Shown here in pieces: positions 54,714 to 64,000 of a stretch of 64,000 nt of DNA. The stretch is from the IMG/VR virus record IMGVR_UViG_3300035491_000281. One strand, 5' to 3'. The notes beneath the pieces were generated by a model. The model was not told the origin of the DNA. It worked only from the letters and a program-made list of their open reading frames with translations, and ran no database searches. The first letter of the stretch is position 1. Every line of letters starts with the position of its first letter. This DNA is from a virus. A program made the translations under genes and the position numbers.

Positions 54714-55727
54714 ATGTCTCGTATCGCACAACCTGCGTTTAACGGCGCTCCCACCGACGAGTTAGCCGCGGTCGATGTCTACGGCACCACCGACGCCGAA
54801 CAACGCAGTGCCTTCACCAGCGCCTACACGGCCTTCGGCGAAGGCCTCGATGTGGTAATGAATAAATCCAAGGAAGTCAGCGGCAAGGTGGTGCAGAAAG
54901 CCAAAGACGGCGAGTTGGATGTAAATGAGTCCCGTAAAGTGGTGCAGCGTGCCCTGAAGGGATCGCGTACTGATATCGACCGCATCGGTACGGCAGCCAG
55001 TGACCTGTTACTGGGTGATGTGGCTAAAGGCAGCATGCTCGACCAACTCGGGGGTGGTAAGAACTACTACAAGTCTATCAAAGTGCTGACCCAAAACGGT
55101 CAGCACAACATCGATAATGCCGATTACGACAGCGTTTCTGGTATCCTTGCAATGGTGTCGGACGTCACCGGCAGCGGCGCCTTCGAGGCCACCAACCTGG
55201 CCGTGGAAGCTGCAGTTCTCCACACTGCAATTGAACAGCTCACGGACCTTGGCGTGCCCGAGCTGGTCGATGACGTGATGCAGGAGATCAAGGACGAACA
55301 GTTACGCAAGACCGTGGCGCGGCGTAGTGCGGGGCGGTTGGCCACCAGCGGTAATATCGACACAATAGAGATCGCACTCAACTCCGTCGGGGCTCCACCA
55401 CTTACTGCCAGCCAACCTACACTCCCCCAGCAGGTGCTGGCACGCTATAAGCTCAAAGAGGGCAGTACTCGTGCCGATTATCCAGAGCGCCTGGTGCAAC
55501 TGGTGCGGGTGATGAATCAATTGAAGCCGGATTGGTTCTGGACTTACCGCGGTAGCGAACGCGTCTGGAACCTGGCTATGCTGAGCACCGCCAGCGACGA
55601 CGCCCGGCTGGTGTTGCTGAGTGACGAGGAGTACCGAACCCCCACCCTGATCGCCTCCAGCTACCCGCAGCGCGACGTTACACGTCTGATGAAGGACATG
55701 TACCCGATGATCGCGATCGCCGCGTAG
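54714..55727 (+). CDS. Virion protein, gp174-like
   Basis: F....DELAAVDVY N-terminus; AS.DA..L...YP C-terminus. Confidence 0.55.
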   Translation: MSRIAQPAFNGAPTDELAAVDVYGTTDAEQRSAFTSAYTAFGEGLDVVMNKSKEVSGKVVQKAKDGELDVNESRKVVQRALKGSRTDIDRIGTAASDLLLGDVAKGSMLDQLGGGKNYYKSIKVLTQNGQHNIDNADYDSVSGILAMVSDVTGSGAFEATNLAVEAAVLHTAIEQLTDLGVPELVDDVMQEIKDEQLRKTVARRSAGRLATSGNIDTIEIALNSVGAPPLTASQPTLPQQVLARYKLKEGSTRADYPERLVQLVRVMNQLKPDWFWTYRGSERVWNLAMLSTASDDARLVLLSDEEYRTPTLIASSYPQRDVTRLMKDMYPMIAIAA

Positions 55728-55754
55728 TGACGCTTACAGCGCCTCTGGCGTGAG

Positions 55755-55795
55755 GGCATAAACAAGGCCTCCCGGCAGGGAGGCCTCTATGCCGG
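55755..55795. terminator. Hairpin repeat family member
   Basis: GGCATAAAC-AAGGCCTCCC-GGCA-GGGAGGCCT-CTATGCCGG between convergent genes. Confidence 0.6.
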
Positions 55796-55801
55796 CGAGT
55801 A

Positions 55802-56710
55802 TCAGTCGGCGACGTTGAGCACAACCACCGCTTTCAGATAGGCGCAGAGACTTTCCAGCAACCAGCCAGCCCGGTCCACCAGCTGACTGGACAGGGCAGA
55901 GTTCTGGTCATCGGCCAGGGGATGGAAGATCGCTTCGAGTTTATCGTCCCAAGCCTCGTTCACCTCATCGGAGTAACCACGGAAGGGCGGATCACTGACA
56001 TCTAACCCCAGAGCGCTGTACTCTTCGAAGTCGGCGAGTTCCTGGACGAACTTCTCCAGCTCCATGACCAGCTCGACGGTCGCCTCTACCTGCTCCTTAC
56101 TGGGGGGCGCCAACGTGATCGCTGCGCTCTTTTCCGGCGCGACCTGATAGCGGAACCAGCCATCGCTGTCGGTGAACTTGGTTTTGCTCCAGCCGAGGAA
56201 GCTGTAACTGGGTTCGGTGAAGCCGACCAGGGTCGATTTCGGAACCCGCTTCTTGATGTCGTTGAGTAGTTTGGTGAATTCGTCCGGATGCTCCACGCCC
56301 GGGTAGCGCTTAAGCCACTGCGTCGCTTCCTGATCCACCTTCTTCAGGAACTCCGAGAAGGTTTTCAGGGGGCCCCTGTACCGTTGGAATAGTTGGCGAT
56401 ACTGCACCAGATCCTTGCGGAACTCAGCGGCGACGTTACTCACCGGCCGGCCCTGACGCTGAAACAGCGGTGCGTAGCGGGCCGCCAGTGTCACGTCATT
56501 CTTCACCACCCCGAACTCACCGGGGGTTTTACGGTACAGGTTATCCTGCACCCAGGCCACCACGTCTTCGCGGCTGATGTCCGGTGCCTCGGCACTGGGG
56601 TCTTTTTTCTTGCGTTTGAAGAAATCCCGCAGGGAGCTGACCAACCCTTCGTTGGAGACCTCGGGTTGTTCGGCGGGGAAGTTGGTGTTCAATATCTCAC
56701 GAATGTTCAT
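55802..56710 (-). CDS. Putative processed internal head protein
   Basis: MNIREILNTNFP...VSNE-GLVSSLRDFFKRKK. Confidence 0.6.
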   Translation of the reverse strand: MNIREILNTNFPAEQPEVSNEGLVSSLRDFFKRKKKDPSAEAPDISREDVVAWVQDNLYRKTPGEFGVVKNDVTLAARYAPLFQRQGRPVSNVAAEFRKDLVQYRQLFQRYRGPLKTFSEFLKKVDQEATQWLKRYPGVEHPDEFTKLLNDIKKRVPKSTLVGFTEPSYSFLGWSKTKFTDSDGWFRYQVAPEKSAAITLAPPSKEQVEATVELVMELEKFVQELADFEEYSALGLDVSDPPFRGYSDEVNEAWDDKLEAIFHPLADDQNSALSSQLVDRAGWLLESLCAYLKAVVVLNVAD

Positions 56711-56761
56711 GCTCGGTTCTCGTTGCGAATAAACGACCCGCCCCGAAGGGCAGGTCTGTGG

Positions 56762-57544
56762 TTACCAGTTGAGGTACACCGGACGGCTCGCACCGCGGCC
56801 GGACGACTTGTCCCAACCCAAATCGCGAATCAGGGTCTCGTAGTCGATACCGCTCGATTCCAGACCCAGCGCCTGCTGTTTCTTCTGCTCATCGGCCAGC
56901 GTCCACAACACCGTGGGCGACAGCTGCACTTCGTTGAAGGACTCCAGCGCCGGCGAGAAGTACTTGTTGGCGTTGTAGATGCCGCCCTCGTTGACGAAGT
57001 CCCAGGTGATGATCTCGCGGGTGTACTTGACCCCGCGCATCAGGTCATCGACGGTGAGACTGCGGACCGAGAAGTACACGTTCTCGTGCGGGTTGTCCAG
57101 GGCGTCTTTAAGCACCTGGCCATAGGGGCCGGACGGCCGCACTTCGCCGATCACCACGGTGATGGGGCGGCCTTTGTCGTCGCGCTGGCCTTCTTCCAGG
57201 CGCAGGTTGCGAATGTGGAAGGCTACCCGATCGCTGTCGATCTGGCGAATCCGATGTACGTACTGGGCATCCGACATCCCGGGGACTTTCTCGGGGTGTT
57301 TGTATTCCCCGCGCAATACCCCTTTGTTGAGCATCCGGCGCAGCACGCTACCCTCTTGGAAGAAGGGTACAGCCGAAGCCAGGTCGTAGAACATACCGGC
57401 GCTGTTGTGTGCGCCGTAGGCACCGAGGACAACGGTGTAGTAACCGTCAGCGTCCGGTTTCAGGACACCTTTCTTCTCGGTGCCAAGCAGCATGGTACAA
57501 CCCAGGCTGACTTGACGTTGACGTTGTTGCATGTGAGTCTCCAC
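56762..57544 (-). CDS. Prohead maturation protease, phiKZ gp175-like
   Basis: GYY.V.LG, GEYKHP (His), FSVRS (Ser), ITWDFVNE.G; C-terminal PALES/GLES self-cleavage-like motifs. Confidence 0.85.
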   Translation of the reverse strand: METHMQQRQRQVSLGCTMLLGTEKKGVLKPDADGYYTVVLGAYGAHNSAGMFYDLASAVPFFQEGSVLRRMLNKGVLRGEYKHPEKVPGMSDAQYVHRIRQIDSDRVAFHIRNLRLEEGQRDDKGRPITVVIGEVRPSGPYGQVLKDALDNPHENVYFSVRSLTVDDLMRGVKYTREIITWDFVNEGGIYNANKYFSPALESFNEVQLSPTVLWTLADEQKKQQALGLESSGIDYETLIRDLGWDKSSGRGASRPVYLNW

Positions 57545-57627
57545 TCCAGCTGAAACTGGGCGTAATAGGTACTGACGACCGCATTGTAGGGCGGGTGTGC
57601 CATAAGATCACCCGCCCGGCCGCGCAA

Positions 57628-58596
57628 TTACGCTTTGGCGGCCTGCTCGATCAGTTCCATGATCGCGGTAGCCACTTTCCCGGCATGCTGTAGCATGCTG
57701 GTTTGAGTCTTTTCCAAATTGGCGATCGAGTTGATGAACATGGTGTTGATGTAGCGGTATTCCTTGTCGTGGTTGCCTTCACGACGGCGGAAGACCTCGA
57801 TCTGCAGGATACCGTCCACCAGGCGGTGGTGGTATTTCTTACTGGCTTCAAGTTGTTGGGTGGTCGTATCCAGGAACTTGGCGATCTTACGTACATCACC
57901 CAGGGTCAGCGTCAGTTCCGCCAGCGTTTCCTTTTCATGCGTCTTGAAGAGCAACGGCGGTTGCAAGAACAGCATGTCGTAGTGACGCTCGGCCTTATCG
58001 TCACTAATGTTGTTGTAGTTCTCTTTCAAGTAACTGGTAAAGTCCGGGAGGTACTGATTCAACACGAAAGTGTCAGGCTTGAACGCAATGTCCGGTACCC
58101 GCTCGCCCGGGGTGGCCAGGCGTACGATCTCATTGAAGCTGGACATCTCGTGGCGCTTACCTTCATCGGCCTGGCGCAGCGCCCCGTAGAGCATGCCAAT
58201 GTAACGGTTGCACCAATCGGAATAGACGGTAAGTACGAAGTGCTGCCCCTGCACATCCCGCTTTATGGCGTCGGCCAGTTGCTTCGGGGATTGACCGTTG
58301 CAGTTAAGGCTACGCAGCAAGGTCTGGTTTTTGATCACCACAGGGTCGCTGTCTTTACCGGTCAGCCCGGCCAAGATGCGCAGACTTTTGGTTTTTTGTT
58401 CGGTCAGGGTTTTGATCGCCCCGTCAAAGCGCTTCGCGTCAATCTTCTCGATCGAGCGGCGTTTGAAGCGGGTGACCAGTCCCCCGATAAACTCGGTCGA
58501 GACCGTCAGGACTTCGTCCGGATAACGTTCCACACTGGGAGTGCCTTCGGTGGTACCGAAGGGGAAATTGCTTTCGAGAAGTTGAGTGATTTTCAC
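57628..58596 (-). CDS. Putative processed internal head protein
   Basis: Likely GTG start at 58596: MKITQLLESNFP...VSTE-FIGGLVTRFKRR, similar to 55802..56710. Confidence 0.55.
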   Translation of the reverse strand: MKITQLLESNFPFGTTEGTPSVERYPDEVLTVSTEFIGGLVTRFKRRSIEKIDAKRFDGAIKTLTEQKTKSLRILAGLTGKDSDPVVIKNQTLLRSLNCNGQSPKQLADAIKRDVQGQHFVLTVYSDWCNRYIGMLYGALRQADEGKRHEMSSFNEIVRLATPGERVPDIAFKPDTFVLNQYLPDFTSYLKENYNNISDDKAERHYDMLFLQPPLLFKTHEKETLAELTLTLGDVRKIAKFLDTTTQQLEASKKYHHRLVDGILQIEVFRRREGNHDKEYRYINTMFINSIANLEKTQTSMLQHAGKVATAIMELIEQAAKA

Positions 58597-58686
58597 GAGG
58601 GCGCTGCCTGTAGTCAAAAAAAAAACGATGACCAACCCCACCCAAACCACCGGAGTGATTCAGGCGAGGGTAGTCGGTTCGAGCGA

Positions 58687-59406
58687 TTAAGTGCGCAGCA
58701 GTTCTTCGATCCGCTCCACCCGGTCGCTGGGGTTAACCAGGGCTGAGGTGATGCTGTCGCCAAAATAGGCGCCGATCAACTTGCTGGTGGTGTCCGAGGC
58801 GTTCCAGATCACACTGCGGAACGGTACGATCACCGGCGGATTGGTTTCGATATCCCGCGGCTGCTTGAGCACATGCCGATACAGCTCGATCATGTTCTCT
58901 CTATTCCGCGCAATGGTCGATACGATCAGGTCGATGATCGCCCGGTTACCCAGGTCGATGCCGGCGTGTTCTTTTGCCGTCTCGAAGATCTTGGCCAGAT
59001 CGTAGTAGTTGAAAAACCAAGGGATGCGTCCCTTAGCGATCAACTCGTCGTAGATGTAGTACGTCAGAGTGTCATTCTTCACGAGGTCGGTGCTGTAAAA
59101 CACCCGATCCCCCGGTTCGAATTGAAACTCCAGATAAGGCGTGCCGTCGACGTCAACCGTTTCCGTACTGCTCGGGGTGATGCGCATCATCGCATCAGTG
59201 ATGCTGACCGAGTAGTACTGGTCCTCCATGATCAAGGCAAAGAAACCGAGGATATGCACCTCGGTGCCTATGCTCGCCAAGTGCCGACCCAGGTACCGCT
59301 CGGGTACCTGAATCGTGCAGGCGACATCAGTGTAGATGCCGCCGTCTTCGCGCTCATGCAGGTGCGCTTTGACTTTCTCAGGCGCCCGTTGCAGGCGCTG
59401 CTTCAT
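58687..59406 (-). CDS. Conserved virion protein, gp176-like
   Basis: GRIPWF..Y.D, T.SKL.G.YF...I.SALVNP....E.LLR; syntenic position. Confidence 0.65.
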   Translation of the reverse strand: MKQRLQRAPEKVKAHLHEREDGGIYTDVACTIQVPERYLGRHLASIGTEVHILGFFALIMEDQYYSVSITDAMMRITPSSTETVDVDGTPYLEFQFEPGDRVFYSTDLVKNDTLTYYIYDELIAKGRIPWFFNYYDLAKIFETAKEHAGIDLGNRAIIDLIVSTIARNRENMIELYRHVLKQPRDIETNPPVIVPFRSVIWNASDTTSKLIGAYFGDSITSALVNPSDRVERIEELLRT

Positions 59407-60949
59407 CGTTTACCTCACGAATGTCATCGGCGTCGGCCGAGGCCGGGGCTTCGTCGATCGGCTGGGGTGCGATGTCCGGGCTCACCGGGCGGTCGTACAG
59501 CAGCGCCTCGAACGGCAGCGAGCTGACCTGCTGGGCCAACCAAGCGGCGATCATTTCCACCGCAGCGATGGTGGCCACCTCGCGGGGCGGCAGGTCCCCT
59601 TGATCGGCCGCGATCCGGTCCATGGCGTCGAGGAAGCTGCGATACGGAGTGTTGGGATAGTAGACCTCACACACCAACTTGGAGATGACGCGGTTGATGT
59701 CGTGCAGGTCTTCTTCCTGTACCGACTGCAGTAGCTTGGCTACCCGTCCTTCCAGTTCCGGTGCGCTGATGTCTTTCGGCAACAGCTCACGCACGTCTTG
59801 TGGTGGTACCAGCAGCAAGGTACGCAGGTGACTGCGACGCTGACGCAGGTAGTTGTCCAGCCGCGACTGGCGAATCAGGTAATGCTTGCGCTCCCACACC
59901 GCAATCAGGTCAGCCTGAACCGCCGTCAAATCGGCAGCATGGGTCCGGGCCGGGTCAGCGATGGCTGCTCCCAGCAGTGCCTTGACGTCGCCGCCGCGGG
60001 AGAGCCAGTCCGGGTAAACGTCCTGATTCACTACCACCACTACCCGACCGTCGGTCATGGGTTGTTCGGCTTCGTAACGCCACACCACGCGCTGGCGGGT
60101 ACGAGCCTGAGCACGCTTGACGTAACCCTGGGCCAGCTGAGCCCCGAAGTACTGGTGTTGCAGCAGGATCGCGTGTTCCCACTCGTCGAGGCTGACGCCT
60201 TCGCCGGTCACGTCCTGCGGGTTTTCCAGCAGGTAATGGGTCAGCAGGTAAGCGGTCAGCACGGCATCGACGTTGAACGGGAAACCGCCCAGATCGCGGA
60301 AGCTCAGCTGCTGTGCCGTCAGCGAGCGGGCCGTGCCGAACAGTCGGCTCCACACCAGGCGCAGGGTATCAGCTCCAACCCCACAGGCCCAATCGGCCGT
60401 CAGGGCCGCGTCGACGTGGCGGTTGGCACTGAGCCACTGTACCAGCGTTTCCACCGAAGGCGTCGCGATCAGGAAGCTGCGGTAGGCCTCAGCCTGGGGC
60501 ACGCTCAGGTAGCGGTCCGCGATATGGCTGGTCAGTCCCGGCTCATCGTGGATCTTGTGCAGCACCAGCGGCTTGACCTCGATCTGAGCCAGGCGGCTGA
60601 CTTCACTGCGGCTGTCATAGCCACTGCGAATAGCCTTGCAGGTTGGGATCACGGCTTCGCGCACGGTAGTCAGCATGCGCTCCAGGCCAAAGCTCATGAG
60701 TTCAACCAGCTGGTCGAATTCATCCGCGGCCAGGTCGGTGACCTTGGCGTTGAGGTGGCGGAAGTTTTCCACTACCTGGTCGGTACGCTCTCCTGAAAGC
60801 TCACGATGCTCAGCCTGCAGTGGGGCGCGGAAATGATCGGCCATCACCGCCACGGGAAAGTTCGGCGACTTCGGCCGCAGCAGCAGACCGTTGGCGGTCA
60901 GGGTTTCGGCCAGCGGACGGGCGACCGTTACCGTAGAGGGTTTGAACAT
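59378..60949 (-). CDS. Virion protein, gp177-like
   Basis: 523 aa between the gp176-like and gp178-like genes. Confidence 0.55.
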   Translation of the reverse strand: MFKPSTVTVARPLAETLTANGLLLRPKSPNFPVAVMADHFRAPLQAEHRELSGERTDQVVENFRHLNAKVTDLAADEFDQLVELMSFGLERMLTTVREAVIPTCKAIRSGYDSRSEVSRLAQIEVKPLVLHKIHDEPGLTSHIADRYLSVPQAEAYRSFLIATPSVETLVQWLSANRHVDAALTADWACGVGADTLRLVWSRLFGTARSLTAQQLSFRDLGGFPFNVDAVLTAYLLTHYLLENPQDVTGEGVSLDEWEHAILLQHQYFGAQLAQGYVKRAQARTRQRVVWRYEAEQPMTDGRVVVVVNQDVYPDWLSRGGDVKALLGAAIADPARTHAADLTAVQADLIAVWERKHYLIRQSRLDNYLRQRRSHLRTLLLVPPQDVRELLPKDISAPELEGRVAKLLQSVQEEDLHDINRVISKLVCEVYYPNTPYRSFLDAMDRIAADQGDLPPREVATIAAVEMIAAWLAQQVSSLPFEALLYDRPVSPDIAPQPIDEAPASADADDIREVNDEAAPATGA

Positions 60950-60960
60950 GACGCGACTCC

Positions 60961-61164
60961 TTAACCACCAAAATGCTTGGCCAGACGCGAGGCCAAGAGT
61001 TCTTGAATGTCGGCGACCGACTGCGCTTCCCCACGGATGTGGTTGGACACGGCATCGGACCCCATGACTTTCTGCAGGGTTGCAGCACCCAGTTCGAGAC
61101 TGGCGGTAATTACCGCCAGGTTCTCGTTGAGCGCGGCATCAGGACTTTCTTTGGGCTTTGCCAT
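60961..61164 (-). CDS. Small hypothetical protein
   Basis: 67 aa with RBS GAGG, overlapping the RNAP gene end. Confidence 0.5.
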   Translation of the reverse strand: MAKPKESPDAALNENLAVITASLELGAATLQKVMGSDAVSNHIRGEAQSVADIQELLASRLAKHFGG

Positions 61165-63724
61165 TGACTTTTCCTCGATAGACAGCGGCTACATGTTTGG
61201 ACAGGACCCGCAACAACGTGTTGGTGGTTCCTATCAGTTTTGGTGAGAGCACCTTTCGGTCTTCAATACTGGTATTGCCGAAGATGGCATCGAGGGGGTC
61301 CCCAGACTCGGTGGTGTTGGTCCCTTGGAAGACCCGCGAAATCACCGTCTTCATCTGGTTGCCGAAGACACCTTTATCACCAACCCCGGCAGGAATGTCG
61401 TGGTCGATGTACACCAGAATCGCCATGGTGTCCGGATCAAGGGCTTTGCCTTTGACGCGGAAGCTGGTATCAACCTGGCCGGTGAAGGCCGGTTCACCCA
61501 GGGCCCGTGCCCGGCGCTTGCGTTCCTTGTCCGATTCCCGAGCCAGCGCCTGCAGATTGTCCGACAGGTCTTCCAGCTCCCCATGATAGAAACATTCCAC
61601 GCGGCTGACGTGACCGACTACCTTCGCCCGCGGGGTCATGGCAGCCATCCGGCGCAGAGTATCGAGCGCCGCTTCGTCAAAGAGCGGGTTGTTCGCGGTT
61701 TCCGGGTCCTCGATCGTACATAGAATTGTCTCCAGGTCGACATGGTCGCCCTCTCTGACCAGATTATGCACCAGTTGATCGAAGCGCACTTCAATCGTCC
61801 GGATCTCGGTGGTTTGGGTTGTGAGCTTATCCGCCACCGCTTGCGAGATGGCCGAGCCGTCTTCTAAGGTGTCGATGCAATCGATCAGTGCCGTGCGCAC
61901 CAACACCCCGGCTTTCCACACCACCTGATTCGGATTGAACCGATCGGGCGTAAAGAACTTGTGGTTGTAGGCGAGGATATCCCCGCGCTGGACCTTATCT
62001 CCTTTCTTCAGGTCGGTGACAACTTCGTGCGGGTAGGTAACCCCGGCGGCATTGCCGAAGCGTTTGCCCAACTCCACCCGGGTCTCACTACCGTCTTGGT
62101 ACCGGACGGTGAGCGAGCGTTTGCTGACATCGACAACTTCCCCGTCTTGCTCGGCGCTGCTAGCGAAGATGCTAGTGGTGCGCTGCGCGACGATTTGGTC
62201 GTAGCCGGTGCTCCAGGGTTGTGGTTGATAGCCGTTGGCGAACACCCCCTGTTGTTGCTGGATCGGGATGAAGTTAATCCGCTTGGGATCGTCGTGGTCT
62301 GCGGCTGGCGCCAGCAGGGCTGACGAGGACAACAGTTTGCAGGCCCCATCCCGCTCTTTATCGAACGGTCGGGTTACACCACGCAGGTTGGTGAGGTTGG
62401 CATCTGGTGCTAGGTAAGCCACCACCCCCACGTCGCCCGAGTCTACCGTCGACTCCGAGACTACCCCGACGTCGCTCTGATGGTAGATGCGGGTGCGCTC
62501 CACCATCGACTTACCCCCGCGTCCACCGTCGCCCCGGTAGGTCATGACTTCCTGCTCGCGCAGGTTAGCCAGCGGGTTAGACTCCTCCACCGGTGACACC
62601 GCAGGGTCCTGCACCACCTTCTGCCAGACTGCGTGTGGGTTCAGCTCGACCGCGTTCTCACCAACCCCGATGCGGGCGTTGAAGGTTTTGGCAGCGCGGG
62701 TCAGCTCCCCGTAGACCATCCCGGCAAAGCGCTCGTAGCCCCGGTAGCGCATGAACGCCCCGTCGACTTCTTCCGGTGAGTAGTCGTTTTGCAACAGCTC
62801 CACCGACCGCAGCACCAGCGGCAGGAACTCGACCGGTTCACCCATCTGCTCCAGCAGGCCACGCGTGATCGGGTCAACCCACGAGGTAAACAACGCCTCG
62901 ATTTCCCGCAGGTAGCGTACCCCCAAGCCCGCTCCTTCCATCAGTCGGTAGTAAACGTCCTTGCGATCGAAGTCCCACACCGAGTATTGCTTGAGGATGT
63001 CGTGGTACCGGTTCAGACCGGCCAACACCATGGCCGAACGCTGATCCAACCGGGAGAACACCAAGACTTCATCTTCAAACGTCAGGGCGTATTCATCGGC
63101 CTGCTGGATGTTGCGCTCACCCCGGCGGAAGCGGGTGACCTCACAACCCAAGTGGTTGATCAGATTGGTCAGCCCGAGGTGGTAGGCCAACACGAACCCC
63201 ACCGGCAGCGATTTGTTCGACACCGACATCTCAGCCACTTCCAACGGCGCACCGGCGGCCGAGATCCCCAGCACGTCGTGCACGGTACCCAACACTTCCA
63301 GTCCGTCGTTGGTGTGCAGGTAAAAGGTGTTGTTATAATCCACCAACACCGGCATCCCCTGCAGGGTACCCACCATCACCTGCTCGCTGGTTTCGAACAG
63401 TTTGATGTTCAAGCCGGCCGTATCGGCAAAGTGCTGCTCCCGGTTGCGGTAATCGAAGAAGAAGCGGATCTCCCCACTGTTGAACTGCGAGAAACGCTGG
63501 GCCAGCAGGGTATAAATCCGTGGCAGGCGTTCGGTCATGACGAACACGTCTGAGAATCGCAGATCGGTGATGCGCTCATCCGCCGGGTCCACACCCCGTT
63601 CCGTGATTACGCGGGTCAGCCAGCGACCGTAGTTGTTCACCGACCGCTCCGACCGGTCGACGAAGGTCTTGTTGTAGTACGACGTCAGGGCGACACGCAC
63701 CGGACTTACCTTGCGAATTGGTAG
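61139..63724 (-). CDS. Virion RNA polymerase beta subunit, phiKZ gp178-like, 3' exon
   Basis: LPIRK, GYER..G.VY, G.GGR, D.GVVSESTVDSGDVG, DDPKRINF, GDKGVFGNQMKT; upstream sequence is an intron, not a gene start. Confidence 0.88.
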   Translation of the reverse strand, partial: LPIRKVSPVRVALTSYYNKTFVDRSERSVNNYGRWLTRVITERGVDPADERITDLRFSDVFVMTERLPRIYTLLAQRFSQFNSGEIRFFFDYRNREQHFADTAGLNIKLFETSEQVMVGTLQGMPVLVDYNNTFYLHTNDGLEVLGTVHDVLGISAAGAPLEVAEMSVSNKSLPVGFVLAYHLGLTNLINHLGCEVTRFRRGERNIQQADEYALTFEDEVLVFSRLDQRSAMVLAGLNRYHDILKQYSVWDFDRKDVYYRLMEGAGLGVRYLREIEALFTSWVDPITRGLLEQMGEPVEFLPLVLRSVELLQNDYSPEEVDGAFMRYRGYERFAGMVYGELTRAAKTFNARIGVGENAVELNPHAVWQKVVQDPAVSPVEESNPLANLREQEVMTYRGDGGRGGKSMVERTRIYHQSDVGVVSESTVDSGDVGVVAYLAPDANLTNLRGVTRPFDKERDGACKLLSSSALLAPAADHDDPKRINFIPIQQQQGVFANGYQPQPWSTGYDQIVAQRTTSIFASSAEQDGEVVDVSKRSLTVRYQDGSETRVELGKRFGNAAGVTYPHEVVTDLKKGDKVQRGDILAYNHKFFTPDRFNPNQVVWKAGVLVRTALIDCIDTLEDGSAISQAVADKLTTQTTEIRTIEVRFDQLVHNLVREGDHVDLETILCTIEDPETANNPLFDEAALDTLRRMAAMTPRAKVVGHVSRVECFYHGELEDLSDNLQALARESDKERKRRARALGEPAFTGQVDTSFRVKGKALDPDTMAILVYIDHDIPAGVGDKGVFGNQMKTVISRVFQGTNTTESGDPLDAIFGNTSIEDRKVLSPKLIGTTNTLLRVLSKHVAAVYRGKVNGKAQRKS

Positions 63725-64000
63725 CATCCCAATTCAAAATGGACCATATCTTCTTCCCAGAGGGAAGCCTACCGTTTCGGAATCCACTTAATGGATTCCT
63801 ACTCTACTCACTTTAATCGCGTTTGGGCGACCACCTGACTTTAGACAGGTGTCATTAGGCAGTTTCCTGCTGTAGCTTTCGATGGCCTCTGAGCACACTC
63901 CGTAGGGATCATCCCTGTAGGAGCTTCGCTGCGTCGGTTGTGCCAACCGCTGACGTTTTTACCGTGCTCACCGCTTCCATTACTGGGGTGAGTGTTACAC
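63725..64000 (-). ncRNA. Group I self-splicing intron, 3' part
   Basis: Minus strand: Q-like CCGACGCAGCGAAGC (63923..63937), R-like GCTCAGAGGCCATC (63881..63894), S-like GAAGATATGGTCC (63741..63753); P7 GGCCAU/AUGGUC pairs; hairpin GGAATCCA..TGGATTCC; terminal G at 63725. Confidence 0.85.

Noticed and set aside
58597..58650. Hydrophobic N-terminus MVWVGLVIVFF of ORF 57628..58650
   Set aside because: Arises from a T10 run on the minus strand; GTG at 58596 matches the paralogue's start.
63725..63727. ATG as the start of the RNAP gene
   Set aside because: No convincing RBS, and it is embedded at the 3' end of a group I intron core.
1..64000. tRNA/rRNA genes, transposase, integrase, recoded stop codons
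   Set aside because: None recognised; genes are intact under the standard code.

Overview
This window is part of a phiKZ-like jumbo myovirus genome (Chimalliviridae-type) and covers the virion-morphogenesis, lysis and recombination region. It contains a truncated gp128-like structural gene, the portal, and a tandemly duplicated triplet of Mtd/C-type-lectin-like paralogues (seven family members in the window). It also holds a collagen/foldon fibre cluster, a modular muramidase endolysin, two candidate spanin pairs, RuvC, two 2OG-Fe(II)/cupin proteins inside a tail-fibre operon, NPH-repeat tail proteins, dUTPase, SbcC, spike plus PAAR, head proteins with S-x-E protease motifs, RNase H, UvsX, the prohead protease and two virion RNA polymerase beta pieces. 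The last of these is interrupted by a group I intron at the window edge. Most notable: a paralogue array with a hypervariable pre-WRPxLE segment and an orphan C-terminal relic, a natural collagen plus tandem-foldon fibre, and a hairpin family (ACGGCATAA...TTATGCCGT flanks) present at every convergent junction. phiKZ gp numbers come from recalled homology and synteny, not from a database search.
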